Notes under the pieces: generated by a model
Databases searched by the model: none
The model's input: the letters and a program-made list of their open reading frames with translations, nothing else
What the model was told of the DNA's origin: nothing
Shown here: piece after piece, positions 37,931-51,789 of the stretch
Layout of the letters: each line of letters begins with the position of its first letter
How positions within the stretch are numbered: position 1 is the first letter of the stretch
NCBI RefSeq assembly: GCF_001194135.2
Contig: NC_068981.1
Location: forward strand, 161,376,386-161,440,385
Source: Octopus bimaculoides
Lineage: Eukaryota
Direction of reading: 5' to 3'
DNA: 64,000 bases
Made by a program: the position numbers and the translations under genes

Positions 37931-40900
37931 GTTAGATATGTCTGGTAAGAACCTTTGTTTCTCAGACAGGATTTAAAATATTGAAGGGCTGACTCACACT
38001 TCCAAGTCTTACTTCAACCTTTCACAGACATACGCTTCTTAGACACTTGAAAAATTTCACTTTGGTTAACGTTAAATTAGAGAAATTACCAAATTGAATC
38101 TCTTTCTTTTCAACCATAAAACTGTAAATAAATGATATATCTGAAAGTTCAGTAAAATATAGCAGTGTTCCTAGTAACAACTATAAAATTATTTACTAAT
38201 TTATCTAATAGATGTGGTTTATTTGTTCAAATTTACAAGGGTTAATCTGGTTCTTTATAATAGATTAATGTATCAATCTGAGTTACCAATAATGATTGAA
38301 CTAGGTATGTACAATTGTTTGGCACTTTTAGAACTTGAATAAAAAAAATAATACAGCAGTTTTGAATGTGGAGTGAACACTTACAAAATATAAGGAAATT
38401 TCTCTATATAGTTATTAGAGTAGCAAGACAACATAGCAAGCAAATCTCTCTCAAACCTCACTATATATCTTCACAAGGACAAACATATTGGATAATGTAG
38501 TCCCCAGGTCTAAAAAGGACTAAACATAACCAGTGATTCCTTTTTATTTTATTCTCTCTAACCAAGATCAAATTGCTACAGTTTGTTTACAACAATGATG
38601 CTAACAAGTAAGGCTATGATCATTGTATACATATCCTAGACTTTCTAATAATTAAAAGAAATATTTCACCCAGTATTATAAACCTAAAGAGCTAAAAGTA
38701 GAAATTCTTCTTTATTTAATATACGTTGATACTAAACTGTCTTACATCTGTTAGTAACTGAAAAAAAAAAAAAAAAGGCTGTGTTACAACATACTATATG
38801 AGTGGGAATGTGTATTTATATTGCATTTTTGATTTTCATTCATTCATTGTATAGCTCAAAGTCACTCAGCATATGACCTACTTATTAACCAGACCTGAGA
38901 TGCATACTTATTCAAATAATTTGCCAAAATGTCAAGTTTTGGCAGTGATGGGAGTGAAGGAGGAGGACAAACTATTTTCATTAGTTACTATGATAATAAC
39001 AAAAGAAATAGCGCCCAGTACTTAATATAATTAAAGAAACTAATCAAATAAACAGTGTAAATAAACAATACTGGCATCTATTGCTTTTTTGAAGAGTGTA
39101 GTGGACAACTTGAATGGAATGAATAATAGTTGCAATAATTAAAAATTATTAATAAATGAAATGAAAAAAAATTTGACCAAGAGACCTCAATTGCAGTCAG
39201 ATTATGGTGGTAAAATGCAAGAAATTTGCCATTATTTCTATATGATAACATCATAGAATGGACACTATCAGTGCACTGAAACTCTTCAAGAAACATATGT
39301 TTATATCTTACAGACCATAAATAAAACAATGAAGCCATTGAAAGAACCTCTATGCAATCATTTAAGCAGCTAGAAATAGCAGTTAAATTTCTCAAAATCT
39401 AGAGTCATAAATTCATACCTACATTCATTATTAAATTATGATTGTTCAAAGAATAAAGCTAAATGTGAAGGAGCATGGCTAATCATGATCTCACAAGAAA
39501 TAAAAGAAACAAGGGTAAGGCACACATCCATACAAATATTTTATGCAGTTTTATAGAATTTAAAAATTATGCATGATGTTCAAGTACAGCAGCCTCTTCA
39601 TTTTGTTTGTGTGTGTGAGAGAGAGAGAGTGAGAGAGAGAGAGTGAGAGAGAGAGAGTGAGAGAGAAAGAATGAAAAAAAGAAAGAAAGAAAAGGTTAAA
39701 TAGATACATAAATCTTGAGAATTAGAGAAATTTTAAAGGAACAGGGAAGACTAAACATCAGAAGAAACAAAAGATGTGTGGAAGAGTAGAAAGTTAGACC
39801 CATTTATCACGATGAGAGGAATAGAGAACATTATTATGATTATCTGTCAGTGATAGGGGTATCTGAGAAGAATCAAATAAGAATCATAATAGAAATTATG
39901 AGAGTCAGAAAGATAGTAGATATAGCTCCATCATCAAATAGATTTGATTCATTAAAGCAAGACAAGACACCGGAGTTCAATATGTCTATCAATATATGAA
40001 AGATGCTAAAATTGTTTAGAATACAGAATGGATGTACAGGTCAGTAGAGTCAAGAAATTGTCAATCAAAATTTGGTTTGTTAATATCGGAAACAAAAATG
40101 TTACAAAAACACTCTCACAAGTAAGAAGAAAAGAGACTGGCCATCTCATCAGTTAAAATGTTCTGGGAATAATTATCTCAAAACTAATATTTCAATGAGG
40201 TTAATAGAATTAAAGACTGCAGTGAATGTAATTGGTAAAGAAAGGTTTCCTTTGGAATAATGGTTTGATTAAAGAAAACAAAGAAGCCAAGAGTATCATT
40301 CCCAGTGAGACAAATAATAATACAGTAATAGCTTAGATGAACAAGATAAATACAGTACCGAGTAGCAAAAGTGGTTGGTTATAAGGAAATAATTTAGCGT
40401 AACAGAAAGAAAATAAAACTCATGTGCGCACACACACACACACACACACATTAGATTGTGTCTGAGTGAGTGTGTACGTGTTTGTGCATATCTATAACAC
40501 ATTACAACCACTATCCTATTGATATGTCTTCTACTATTTCTACAACATTTTCGACTCTTCTACTCTCAGTTGTATATCAGCCAGCCCACCATGTTCAAAG
40601 CAACTGAGAAGCATCTGCCTTTCCCCCTACTTGTAAATCCCAGCTGTGCCTAATTTTTCACATTTCATAATAAACACCTGCCTAATCCTTCCTTCCCATA
40701 GAAACTGCAATTGTTAACATCCTTACCATCTCTTATGCGTACTCCTTCCCTTCACACAGGCACATACATATATTAGAGTCTATATGCTTCTATTATAAAG
40801 TGTACCATTAGTATTTTTGCTTCGTACAGCAATATAGGAGAAATACAACAGATGCACACACACACACACACAGACTACACAAAGTTATCAATCAAAGGAA

Positions 40901-41764
40901 GCATAAAATGTAATGAAAAGTAGACACACAATGTATTAATATACACAGAAACCTACTCCCACAGTACTATATTAAAGTAGGTGCATATCTAAAATGAGAT
41001 TCAATACACACTTATATTATAATCCAGCAGTAGTTATTAGTCAAAACAGCGTGTACAGTAGAACAGAGAAGAGAAGATGGTCCATGTTTCCAACTGTATT
41101 TTGATTTCAGGGCGTAGATATGTCATATCATTTACACCACTAAATGCAGTAAAGACATGAAACTCATATTTTCCATTTCCCCGTTCTACAAATGTAACAG
41201 AGCTAATTGATCATCAGATAATAATCTAAGAGTAGAAACAGACAATTAGATATTTATCATGAGATAAATAAAATACAGACCAAATATTATGTTAGGATAT
41301 TTATTGACTCTGGTTTATTGGATTCTTGGTCATAATGAGAAAAATTACATGCCATATGATAGAGCATGGTGGTTAACCTTCTAAACTGTGGAATATGTCC
41401 AGTTAATGGTGGATATGTGTACTGGTGATAAATTTTATGTGAAATAGACTGTTATATATACTAGCCACTACTACATATAACCCAGATAGAGAGTACAATG
41501 GAAGACATGTTGAGATGACTAGGTAAAAATAATCTGAAGATGAGTAGTGGAGGGGTTCTATTTATATCATAGGTGGAGCTGAAAACATCATTTAAAGCTA
41601 ATGAATGACTTGTTAGTTTTACACTCCGTAAAAGAAATGAGAGTAGTTCAAACCTATCACACTATATCTTTGGTTTGACCAACTAAGTTATATGTCTAAG
41701 GAATCATAACTGTATGTTTGTTGATGAGTGTGTGTGTGAGGATAACACTCACATGAACTCAGCA

Positions 41765-42090
41765 AAGTAACTGGCAGCCTGCCGGTTATGATGACGAGGG
41801 TTCCATTTGACCTGATCAACGTAACAACCTGAGTGTGAAATAAATGTGCAAGTGGCTGAGCACTCCACAGACACATGTACCCTTAATGTAATTCTCAGGA
41901 AGATTCAGCATGGCACAGAATGTGACAAGGCTGGCCCTTCGAAATACAGGTACTACTCACTTTTGCCAGCTGAGTGAACTGGAGCAACATGAAATAAGGT
42001 GCCTTGCTCAAGGATACAATGTGTCACCAGAAATTGAATTTATGACCATACGATTATAATACCCAAACCACTAAGCCATGCACCTTCACT
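41765..42090 (-). mobile_element. Composite SINE: CORE-like head (E) plus family C 3' tail
   Basis: 41765-41950 is the reverse-complement homolog of 58200-58378; 41975-42090 is an E-type head with GTATCCTTGAGCAAGGCAC. Confidence 0.78.
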
Positions 42091-42660
42091 GACTCAGCAA
42101 AGTACTTCTCAACTAATTTTAATCAAGCTTAACAGACTTAATAGATAATTATAGGTAATTATAAATAGTTTGGGTTTGTAAGATTAGTTTCTAATGAGAG
42201 AGAAAATGCAAAGAATATTCTGATACACCACAGTAATGAAAATATGATTAGTACTACCTTACAACTAATATAATTTCTATTTTGTAGTTTTCTTTCATGT
42301 AACAGTTACACACACAATTCCACATGAAAGGAAAATTCTGAAAATCAATACCTAATGGGAATCAAAGCTATGCCAACCTGACTGATACTCTGATAGGGTA
42401 CCACTGCTAACAAGTTATTAAACCCCAAATGTGATTCAGTAGTCATAGTATAGGAACCACTCTAGATTTCTTTAAATAAAACCTTACACAGCTTGTTTGC
42501 CACCTTGTTGACAATGTTTCCAGATATGTGTGTACATACACATGCACACACTCACACAATATATATATATATATATAAATTTTGTGACCAGTGTTCACCA
42601 GGTCAGTTTAACTACAATTGAACATTATTTCTTTTTAATAACAGTATAATTTTTCTTACC

Positions 42661-43035
42661 TTTTACTTGTTTCAGTTATAGGACTGTGGCCATGCTGGGG
42701 CACCACCTTAAAGGGTTTAGTCAAATAAATTGATCCCAGTATTCATTTGTTAAAAAAACTGGAGCTTATTCAATTGATCTTTTTTGCTGAACTGCTAAGT
42801 TGCAGGGCATAAAGAAACTAAAACCAGTCGACAAGTGGTGACAGCACAAACACAATGACACACACACACCACACACACTATGACAAACTTCCACACTGCT
42901 TCCATCAACTAAACTCACTCACAAAGAATTGGCTGGCCAGGTATTATAGACACTTGCCTAAAGAGTTGTACAGTGGGACTGAACCTGAAACCATATAGTT
43001 GCAAAAGCAGGTTTCTGAAACCCACAGCCATGCCT
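42661..43035 (-). mobile_element. SINE family A copy, diverged
   Basis: TTTTACTTGTTTCAGTTATAGGACTGTGGCCATGCTGGGGCACC...CAGTGGGACTGAACC. Confidence 0.75.
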
Positions 43036-43769
43036 GTACCCTATTTTGAAGCAAAAGAAGAGAAAAATAGGAGGAAATAGAGAAAAATAGCACAGAAATG
43101 TATTACTGCTGGACACACAAATGTACATTAGATTTTACAAACCCACTCTCTTTTACTGCTGGTTTCTATAGACTCTAATGAAAACGACATGTACTTTAGA
43201 AGTGTGATGATTTTACAAAAGAACATCACAACCAGTAATCAATACTTATCTTATATATTCTCTTTCGTTTCTCTTCTGTTAAAGGATGAATTATTGAAAC
43301 ATCTCAACTACTAATAGCAAATTATCAGTCTTACAAGTGTAAGGCAACCTAACAAATTTAGCAATCTTTGTATTGTCATTTCTGTTTTATTTTTTTAAAA
43401 ACTATGTTTACTTTTTTTGTTTGGTCATTAAATACAAGTGAATTTTCTTTCCTAAAACTTTTACTCTTTTACCAACACCATAAACCTCATATTGGCTTTG
43501 GTAAAATCAAATGACATTGGTTAGCCCAATGTCAATCTTGATTGTATCAACCTATTATCAAAACAGTTCCAGCCATGACCATTCCACTTAAAGCATGAAG
43601 TAATTTAATCGTTCTGATCGAAACCAACCTGCCATCAACCATTCCTGATTCTATGAAACAAAATCCCTTTTTTAAAGTGATCTAAATTAAAACTTCCATC
43701 AAAATTCCATTATAATTCATGCTCCAAGCATCAGCATAATAATGATGGTTTCAGCAGTTTTTGAGAGGA

Positions 43770-43912
43770 GGGGGAAGTTAATTACATCAACCTCAGTACT
43801 CAACTCATACTTATTTAATCGACCCTGAAATGGTGAAAGGCAAAGTTGATTTCGGTGGAATTTGAGTTTAGATTGTAAAAATAGATGAAATGCAGCTAAG
43901 CATTTTGTCTGG
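43770..43912 (-). mobile_element. SINE family B copy (partial)
   Basis: CATACTTATTTAATCGACCCTGAAATGGTGAAAGGCAAAGTTGATTTCGGTGGAATTTGAG. Confidence 0.7.
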
Positions 43913-44781
43913 CTTATCACCTTAAACATCAGCTTAATAATGACAAAGTTATTGTACAAAAATCTTGACTATTTGAAAAAAATAATTGAAAGAGAGGTAG
44001 TGTATTGCAACAGAAATATGGTAATAAAAGAGTTAAAAGAATTTAGCTTCTATTTCTGACAGATTGAGTAACCACACAAACTCTTTTCTTCTTGTGAGTA
44101 GATGTGTTTCTTAAGGATAGGTGGTGAAGTCTGAAATAATGGAGATTAATTGTTTGATCAAATAAACTGTTAAGATACTAAACAAAGAATGAACAACTAA
44201 CAATGCAAGATTTATTGTACATTTATTGAAGGAAATGACATGCTACATGATATATAATTTGTTGGAGACAAGAGAGCAGTGAGTGCCAAGGAAGATGATG
44301 GCAAAAGAGAGGAGATGGAAAGAACTACTAAAAGACTGACTGAACTCTAGAATAAACCTTGCAATGATAGTAATTGGTTTCTTAAAGTTGCCACTCATTA
44401 TTAATAATGACCTTAGCTATTGCAGCACAGTGTATAACGAGCAACTGCATCACAGTATCTAATTAACTTACTGACAAGTCAAGGAAGGAGCTTCTATGAA
44501 GTTATTTGACTTACTAAGGAATATCCCTCAAACCAATCCCTAATGTCTTTAAAAATACGACACATTGTATAATCTAGTCCTACATACACTATGCCTTTTG
44601 GAGAAAAAAGGTACAAGAAATTAGTTGTAACTGGATTGCCTTTCATCATAAACACTGAAATGTCCTGGGGTTAAACAGTATCAATCATCTTAATGAAAGT
44701 ATTTAGTTAGTATTAACTTTTCATCAAAGTAAAAAAAAAATACAATATAATGCATTTATAACCAATAAAATTCATATACAA

Positions 44782-45415
44782 TCATCATCATCATCATCAT
44801 TGTTTAACGTCCGCCTTCCATGCTAGTATGGGTTGGACGATTTGACTGAGGACTGGTGAAACCGGATGGCAACACCAGGCTCCAATCTAATTTGGCAGAG
44901 TTTCTACAGCTGGATGCCCTTCCTAACACCAACCACTCAGAGAGTTTAGTGGGTGCTTTTACATGTCACCCGCACGAAAATGGCCACGCTCGAAATGGTG
45001 TCTTTTATGNNNNNNNNNNNNNNNNNNNNNNNAAGCCAGTCCAGGGGCACTGGCAACGATCTCACTCGAAAATCCTACGGGAGCCAGTCAGGCGGTACTG
45101 GCAACGGCCACGCTCAAAATGGTGCATCTCATGTGCCACCCGCACAAGAGCCAGTCCAGGGGCACTGGCAACAATCTTACTTGGCTTGCCGGGTCTTCTC
45201 ACGCACAGCACATTTCCAAAGGTCTCGGTCAGTAGTCATCGCCTCGGTGAGGCCCAATGTACGAAGGTCTTGCCTCATCACCTCAGCCCAGGTCTTCCTG
45301 GGCCTACCTCTTCCATGGGTTCCCTCAACTGTTAGGGTGTGGCACTTTTTCACGCAGCTATCCTCATCCATTCTCACCACATGTCCATACCAGCGCAATC
45401 GTCTCTCTTGCATGT
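44782..45415 (-). mobile_element. 5'-truncated RTE-clade LINE (RT C-terminus, 3' UTR with internal repeats, (TGA)n tail)
   Basis: 45177-45415 encodes MQERRLRWYGHVVRMDEDSCVKKCHTLTVEGTHGRGRPRKTWAEVMRQDLRTLGLTEAMTTDRDLWKCAVREKTRQAK* (RLRW.GH..R and RGRPRK.W are RTE motifs); the tail reads (CAT)n on + at 44782-44800. Confidence 0.95.
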
Positions 45416-46333
45416 GTTTATTATTGGTTAAGATGACTCTTCCAAAATACAAAACTATCTAAAGATTATAATTCTCCAACTTATCTTTTTACAATGTTGT
45501 TAAGCATGTTAACCATTTTTACAATGTTGTTACATTACAGTATTGTTAAGCATGTTTTGATTGGATTGATTTCCAATCATCTTCAGGTATGTTAATCCTG
45601 GATAAGTACATGGTTGCATGTGAACTGAATTTGAACTAGGAAGCTATATTTCTAAAGTAAATTTACTGATGGCTTTATCCACTAAGCCACTAATGAATAC
45701 ACACACACACACACACACACATTAAGACACAGTCATTAACCCATCAAGTTAATAACAATTATGTTGAATTTAGATCATCTCTTTTTGAAGGTAAAACGGT
45801 GTTTATATCTTCCTGGAAGAGAACATGTGTACCCTCAAAGTAATGATCACAAGCCAAGTTATACCTCACTGAGTGGTGAGTGCAAAGCTGAAGTCTTGTT
45901 TTGTTACTATTAAAATAAGTTATGGATATGAATTTTGAAGTTTTAGAAATGCATTAATTTTTTGGTGAAACAATAACATGTGTGGGTGTCTTGCTAGGTA
46001 TGTGAGCTCAAGTGCAAAGAATAGGTGACCTAGCTGGTGTTATAGGCCTATTTTATGCTAGGTTGGCTAAAGCTGGTTACTTACAACCTCTGTTGCCAAT
46101 ACCAACAAAACCTATGCAAGCCAACAACCTGAGTTTCTTGTTCATTTGCTAGATACCTCTCCAAAATCACATCCATCTTTAAGAGGACACAGTAGATAAT
46201 GTGATGACAGGTGCATTATTTTTTATCAAACTTATCTTTTACTAGTTTCAGTCAGAGGACTGCAGCCTTGGTGGGGTACGGTCAAACAAACTGACAGGTC
46301 ATCAGGACATAAACACAAAGACACATACATACA

Positions 46334-46377
<44 letters not shown>

Positions 46378-46387
46378 NNNNNNNNNN

Positions 46388-46501
46388 TGTGGTAAGTAGC
46401 TTGCTTACCAACTACATGGTTCCAGGTTCAGTCCCACTGTGGCAGCTTGGGCTGACCAAAGTGAGTGGATTTGGTAGATGGGAAACTGAAAGAAGCCTGT
46501 C

Positions 46502-46562
<61 letters not shown>

Positions 46563-46770
46563 TGTGTCTCTGTTTGTCCCTCCAACATCACTTGATAACC
46601 GATGCTGGTGTGTTTCTGTCCCCATAGCTTAACGGTTCAGCAAAAGAGCCCAATTGAATAAGTAGTAGGCTTACAAAGAATAAGTCCTGGGGGTGATTTG
46701 CTCGACTAAAAGCGGTGCTCCAGCATGACCATGACTAAATGACTGAAATAAGTAAAAGAATAAAAGAAGA
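46388..46770 (+). mobile_element. SINE family A, near full length with internal (TA)n(TG)n
   Basis: TGTGGTAAGTAGCTTGCTTACC head, GGTTCAGTCCCACTG B-box-like, microsatellite at ~46502-46560, tail AAATAAGTAAAAGAATAAAAG. Confidence 0.88.
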
Positions 46771-48022
46771 ATATATGTGTGTGCGTGTGTATTTATTTAT
46801 GAGGGACTTTCCACACAGTTTCCATCAGTCAAATTAACTCAAAAGACATTGGTCAACCCAGGACTATAAAAGACACTTGTCCAAAGTGCTGAGCAGTGGA
46901 ACTGAACCTAAAAACCATGTGGCTGCAAAGCAAACTTCTTAACCCCACATCCATGTCTGTACCAAAAAAGGGGGGTTGTCATGACAGAAACACTTTAGGT
47001 TGTGGGGGTCTGTTCATTCACATGTGAGCTTGAGCTAACAAAACAAGCACAGCGACAACAGCAACAACAACAAAATGAAATGAAAGAAAACAGTTTACTT
47101 GGTATATCTTCTTTAAATCAGATGATACATTAACAGCACAAAAGAATAAAATTTCACAGTTAAGAAGATTTGTTGACATATTTTGAAGGAATTATTATGA
47201 AAAGATCTCGTGGAAGGTTGTTTATGTGGGGTGGACAGGGGAAGGAACTGGCTATCAAGCGTCTAACATAATCAAAACAATTGGAGTAAACTAGAGATGG
47301 AAAACGATAGTAATGGTAAAATAAAGAACACACACACATAAACAATTCTATTTTACATGGTACATGGCCTGAAGTCTTCACAGAAGACGAAGAAAGGAAA
47401 TGTACAAGAAGAAAATAGATTTTGTGCATAAGCAATGACTTTTTTTACTTGGTGTTTTGCATCTTTTTCTTTTTTTTTCTTTTCTTCTTCCCAGAATATA
47501 TCAATAAATCAATGGCATAACATAAATATAGAATTATTCCAAGTTCTTTACTACATTCAGATCTGGTCGCTTTCTGAGAATTAATCAGGTTTATTGTTAC
47601 ACAAGATCAGTTCAAGGTTTTAGCAGTAGCAGATTTATATACCAGCTTGACAGGAACAGATGTTCAAGTATTGGAAAATATACTCCTACCTCTGGAATAA
47701 TAAAACTTCAAAAATATGCCATTGTATCTTAAAAGTGGTATAGCTGCTAGTTGATTGAGATACTGGTTTTATCAAGGAAAATAATAATGATAAAAAAAAA
47801 AAGGGTTTCTATGAAAATGGAAGTGAGGATTGGATATGAAGGTGGGGAAGAAGGGAAGTCCCAAAAAAAATTCAAACATTAATTGGTGTTCCCACACATG
47901 CACAGCCTTTTGAATTTTGAAGTGTCTCAAAAATGATTCAAGTATTCATTAAATTGTTAAGACAAAAAGTCTATGAAAATGGGTTTATGTGAAATTAGAA
48001 ATATAGAGCTTAAGTAGTAATC

Positions 48023-48137
<115 letters not shown>

Positions 48138-49797
48138 CGTGGATAGATAGACAAATAAATAAATAGTCTGACAATGGCTTAGCTGGCTGAAACTTTAAAG
48201 TCACTGTCAACAACATTCGTGTTTAAGAATGATGAATTTGCACTCTACAAAAGTATAGAGTAACCCATGAGATCACTGTAGAATTGTTTTTATTATAACT
48301 GAATAAAAAGACAAACATTAATATATATTAGTGTACTGTTCAGTGATGGTAAGATCAACAAAAAAACTACTCCATCTCGTGAGAGATAATTGTATTAATT
48401 ATATATATAGATATTTATAAATATTTTTTTTTAAAGTTAAGTTATAATAAAAACAATTTAATACTAAACTGAAGGATTACTCAAACTTTAACAGCAGTGA
48501 TTCTGAATTCAGTCTGCTAAGCTATCATTGGAGTACTTAACAGGACAATGATGACTTAGAAGGCTGAATCTTTGAAGTCACTATCAATACAATTCTTGTT
48601 AAAGAATAATATGTATGTATGTACACACACACACATACATACATGTATATATATATGATGCACATTTTAATATGTAGAATAGGAATTGATATTTACTGAG
48701 TAGAATTGAAACAACTATTCCCAAGGGTATTTTTCTCTTTTAGTTGTTGGTGATGTTTTCTTGTTGAGGAATAATAATATTAAGAAGACAGTTAAAAAAA
48801 AAAACACTAAGAAGTGTATAGTCAGAAGTGTAAGCACAATATACCTAAGTGGGAATTGAAGAAAATTGATATTAATTACAAATTTTTCCACTATACTTAT
48901 TTATATTTTTATATATTTCATTTGACTTCATTTCTTTAAAGGGAACTCTTTGAGAAGAATATAATCTAGAGAGAAAGCGGGAAGAAGAGGAAATGAGAGT
49001 GAGAGTCTAAAATTGCTAAAAGATTTGTCTCGTAGTTAGATAATTAGTGTTGTTGTTGTTGTTGTTGTTATTATTATTATTATTATCATCATCACCATCA
49101 TTATAGTGATTAAATGGAAGCAAAAAAAGAAGCTTGGTTCACACACATCACCAACAGAATGACAACAATGGAAAAAGCCAAGAGAGAGCAACATTAGTGA
49201 TAGTTGAGGGATATAGAAGAAAGTAGCAAATGCAATGTGTAAGGGATACAGAACAAGTGATAGAGAGAGAGATTCTATTATCAGTAATACATATTTGCTA
49301 TTATTGATTATACCTATATTCTCCTAAACAATGGATATTAGGAAGGACTAGTGAGAGGAACTGGTGATGGAAAAATTTATTTTTTGTCAGTACTGGGGTG
49401 GCAGATAGATCTATGATTGAAGTAATTCCAGGTGTGGCTATCTAGTCTTTTATCCAGTAAGTACTTGTCCTTGTTTTGTTTTTTTAAATGATAGGGGATG
49501 ATTTGTGCAAGAGTCGACTACTATTTCTAGCAGATCCAGAAACTATGAAGAGGCTCCATCATTACTTTGATGGTGAGTGGTGGATACATCGAGTGAGAAG
49601 AGATGGAAGTGGCTTCTGCATTAGTTTTCAAGTACAGAACCGAGGACAAACTACATACATATATACATACATACATATATATATATATACATACATATAT
49701 ATACATACACAATTCAAACTTTTCACACATATATATACACATGTATATATACATACAATACATATATATACAATACATATATATATATATATATATA

Positions 49798-49843
<46 letters not shown>

Positions 49844-49869
49844 ATACATACATACATACATACAATATA

Positions 49870-50213
49870 CTGTATTTGATGGCCTATAAGATGCACCTTT
49901 TTTTACCCAAAAATGGCTTTAAAAATCCCCCTGCATCCAATGTACTCAATGTAGGCTCAAAACTCACGACTCTTGGCTGAAATTATACATCAGAGGTCAT
50001 GTATGTTTACATAACGTGTGCTGGCATCTACTGGTGAACAATCACCTACAGTATGTTTATATTGAATGTGGATGCAATAAATTGCTCATAATCACTAGTA
50101 ATAGCATCAAGTTATACAGGTAAGTGGAGGAATTATAACATTATTTTAGTAGTAATTTATTTTACAAAAGTATAGCCTAGACTAGGGTGCGTCTTATAGG
50201 CCATCAAATATGG
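49870..50213. mobile_element. Tc2/pogo-like non-autonomous TIR element (344 bp)
   Basis: TA on both flanks. 28-bp TIRs CTGTATTTGATGGCCTATAAGATGCACC and rc CCATATTTGATGGCCTATAAGACGCACC match 25/28. The inferred ancestral end CCGTATTT...TAAGACGCAC is typical of Tc2-group elements. Confidence 0.9.
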
Positions 50214-50849
50214 TATGTGTGTGTGTGGATGTATGTATATATATTTATATGTTTATTGCTGGTGCCTGTAGTTTGTACAAGTAACTTCTAATAAGGGTAC
50301 AATATCACTGGTTGGAAGGTATTTGTTAACTATGACATTCCCTGTGGTATATATAAATCATGACGTAAGTCTTTTAAGCTAATATTTGACAGTCTGCAAA
50401 AGAAGAGAAACTAGAAATACAAGGAGACATGAAAAACATGTAATATGTATATAGGGGTATTTAGCAGAATACATTAAAGAAAAGTAGATAACCTCTCATG
50501 CAATTATTTTCTTCACTTACCCTCTTAAGTTAATCTTTAAGGGCTTACAGAGCTTACCAAGACATGACTGCGGCATTTTATAGCAAATGTATTTGAGGAA
50601 ATTAAATATCTGCTGTATTATAATGATGAGATGAGACTTAGATCTAATATGCTGCTTGAAGAGTTTAAATAATCATTCCAAAGTTGTAAAGCTTGGAAAT
50701 GTATTGCTGTAACTTAGCACTGAATGCTATTACGCACGGATTTGTTATTGAAAAGTGTATAGTGAATAAAAGAGTTACATATAAAAACACTGATAGCTGT
50801 GTCTAGACAAGTATATACTACTTATTGGTTAAGAAACTTACAAAGAAGC

Positions 50850-51050
50850 TTCTACATGGTCACTTGACTGGCTAAAAATAGCAGCTAAATCTTCACTAAA
50901 TTGCACCCCACCGTCTTAAAAAGGACACATAAATTAATGTGGTTGTAGATATACTAGATATATAAAAAAAGACAGGATGGTCACGGTTGGAACATTTCTG
51001 ATCATAGTCCTGCTTGATCAGGGTAGAACTGGGGCAAAGCAATAATAGTT
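50850..51050 (+). mobile_element. Dispersed repeat family D (SINE/LINE-tail-like)
   Basis: AAATAGCAGCTAAATC...CCGTCTTAAAAAGGACAC...GGATGGTCACGGTTGGAAC...GATCAGGG; related pieces at ~11610-11680, 38420-38520, 44490-44690, 46170-46210 and 63610-63720. Confidence 0.55.
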
Positions 51051-51353
51051 GAGTGGCCAAATTGTTTATAGTTTGTGTCCTATGAACACCTCACTCCTAA
51101 CTGTAGAGATGTAATATGGAGTAGAAACTTGCAATGCAGAAGTCAAATCCTTCCTTTAACAAAATAATCTCAGACATGTCTCCTTGTATTTCTAGGTTCT
51201 CTTCTTTTGCAGACTGTGTGGCTGAGAAATTTGCTTTGCAGCCATGTGATTTCAGGTTCAATTGACACCTTGAACCTCAGATGGGTCAAAATCTTGTGAG
51301 TGCAACTGGTAGATTGGAAACTGCAGGAACTCCCTCTCTATCTATTTATATAT

Positions 51354-51384
<31 letters not shown>

Positions 51385-51789
51385 CACATGTATTATTCAT
51401 TTTTACATGTCTTTCCATGCTAGTATGAGTTAGAAGAAATATATTGTGGTAATGCCTACAAAGAGGATGCCCTTCCTGACACTAACCCTTACCTTTTTTG
51501 CAAGTAAGGAACATCTTATTTCACATACCTTTAAAGGCAGATGTCAGTGGATGACCTGCTGAGAGGGGAAGTGATGGGAAAGCTTCAGAGAACCACAAAT
51601 GCAAATAAATCTGCAGGCACATTGCTTCTTCACATATCTATATGCATGCTCACATGTGCATACACACATACATACACATGAGGATATTTTTTTTATCAAT
51701 GCATAACAGTAAGAAAACAAATTAAAAAGAAAAAAAACCCTGAATAAACAAAAAATGGAAAACAAATGTTCTCCACCTTTTTGCCATTT

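Noticed and set aside
41111-41148. 38-nt plus-strand exon candidate (RRYVISFTPLNA)
   Set aside because: Reasonable acceptor, but isolated, with no recognisable homology or partner exons.
49488-49980. ORFs rich in YI/HT/CV dipeptides (also 171-501, 5737-6148, 47957-48216 and similar)
   Set aside because: Translations of (TA)n/(CA)n microsatellites and SINE bodies.
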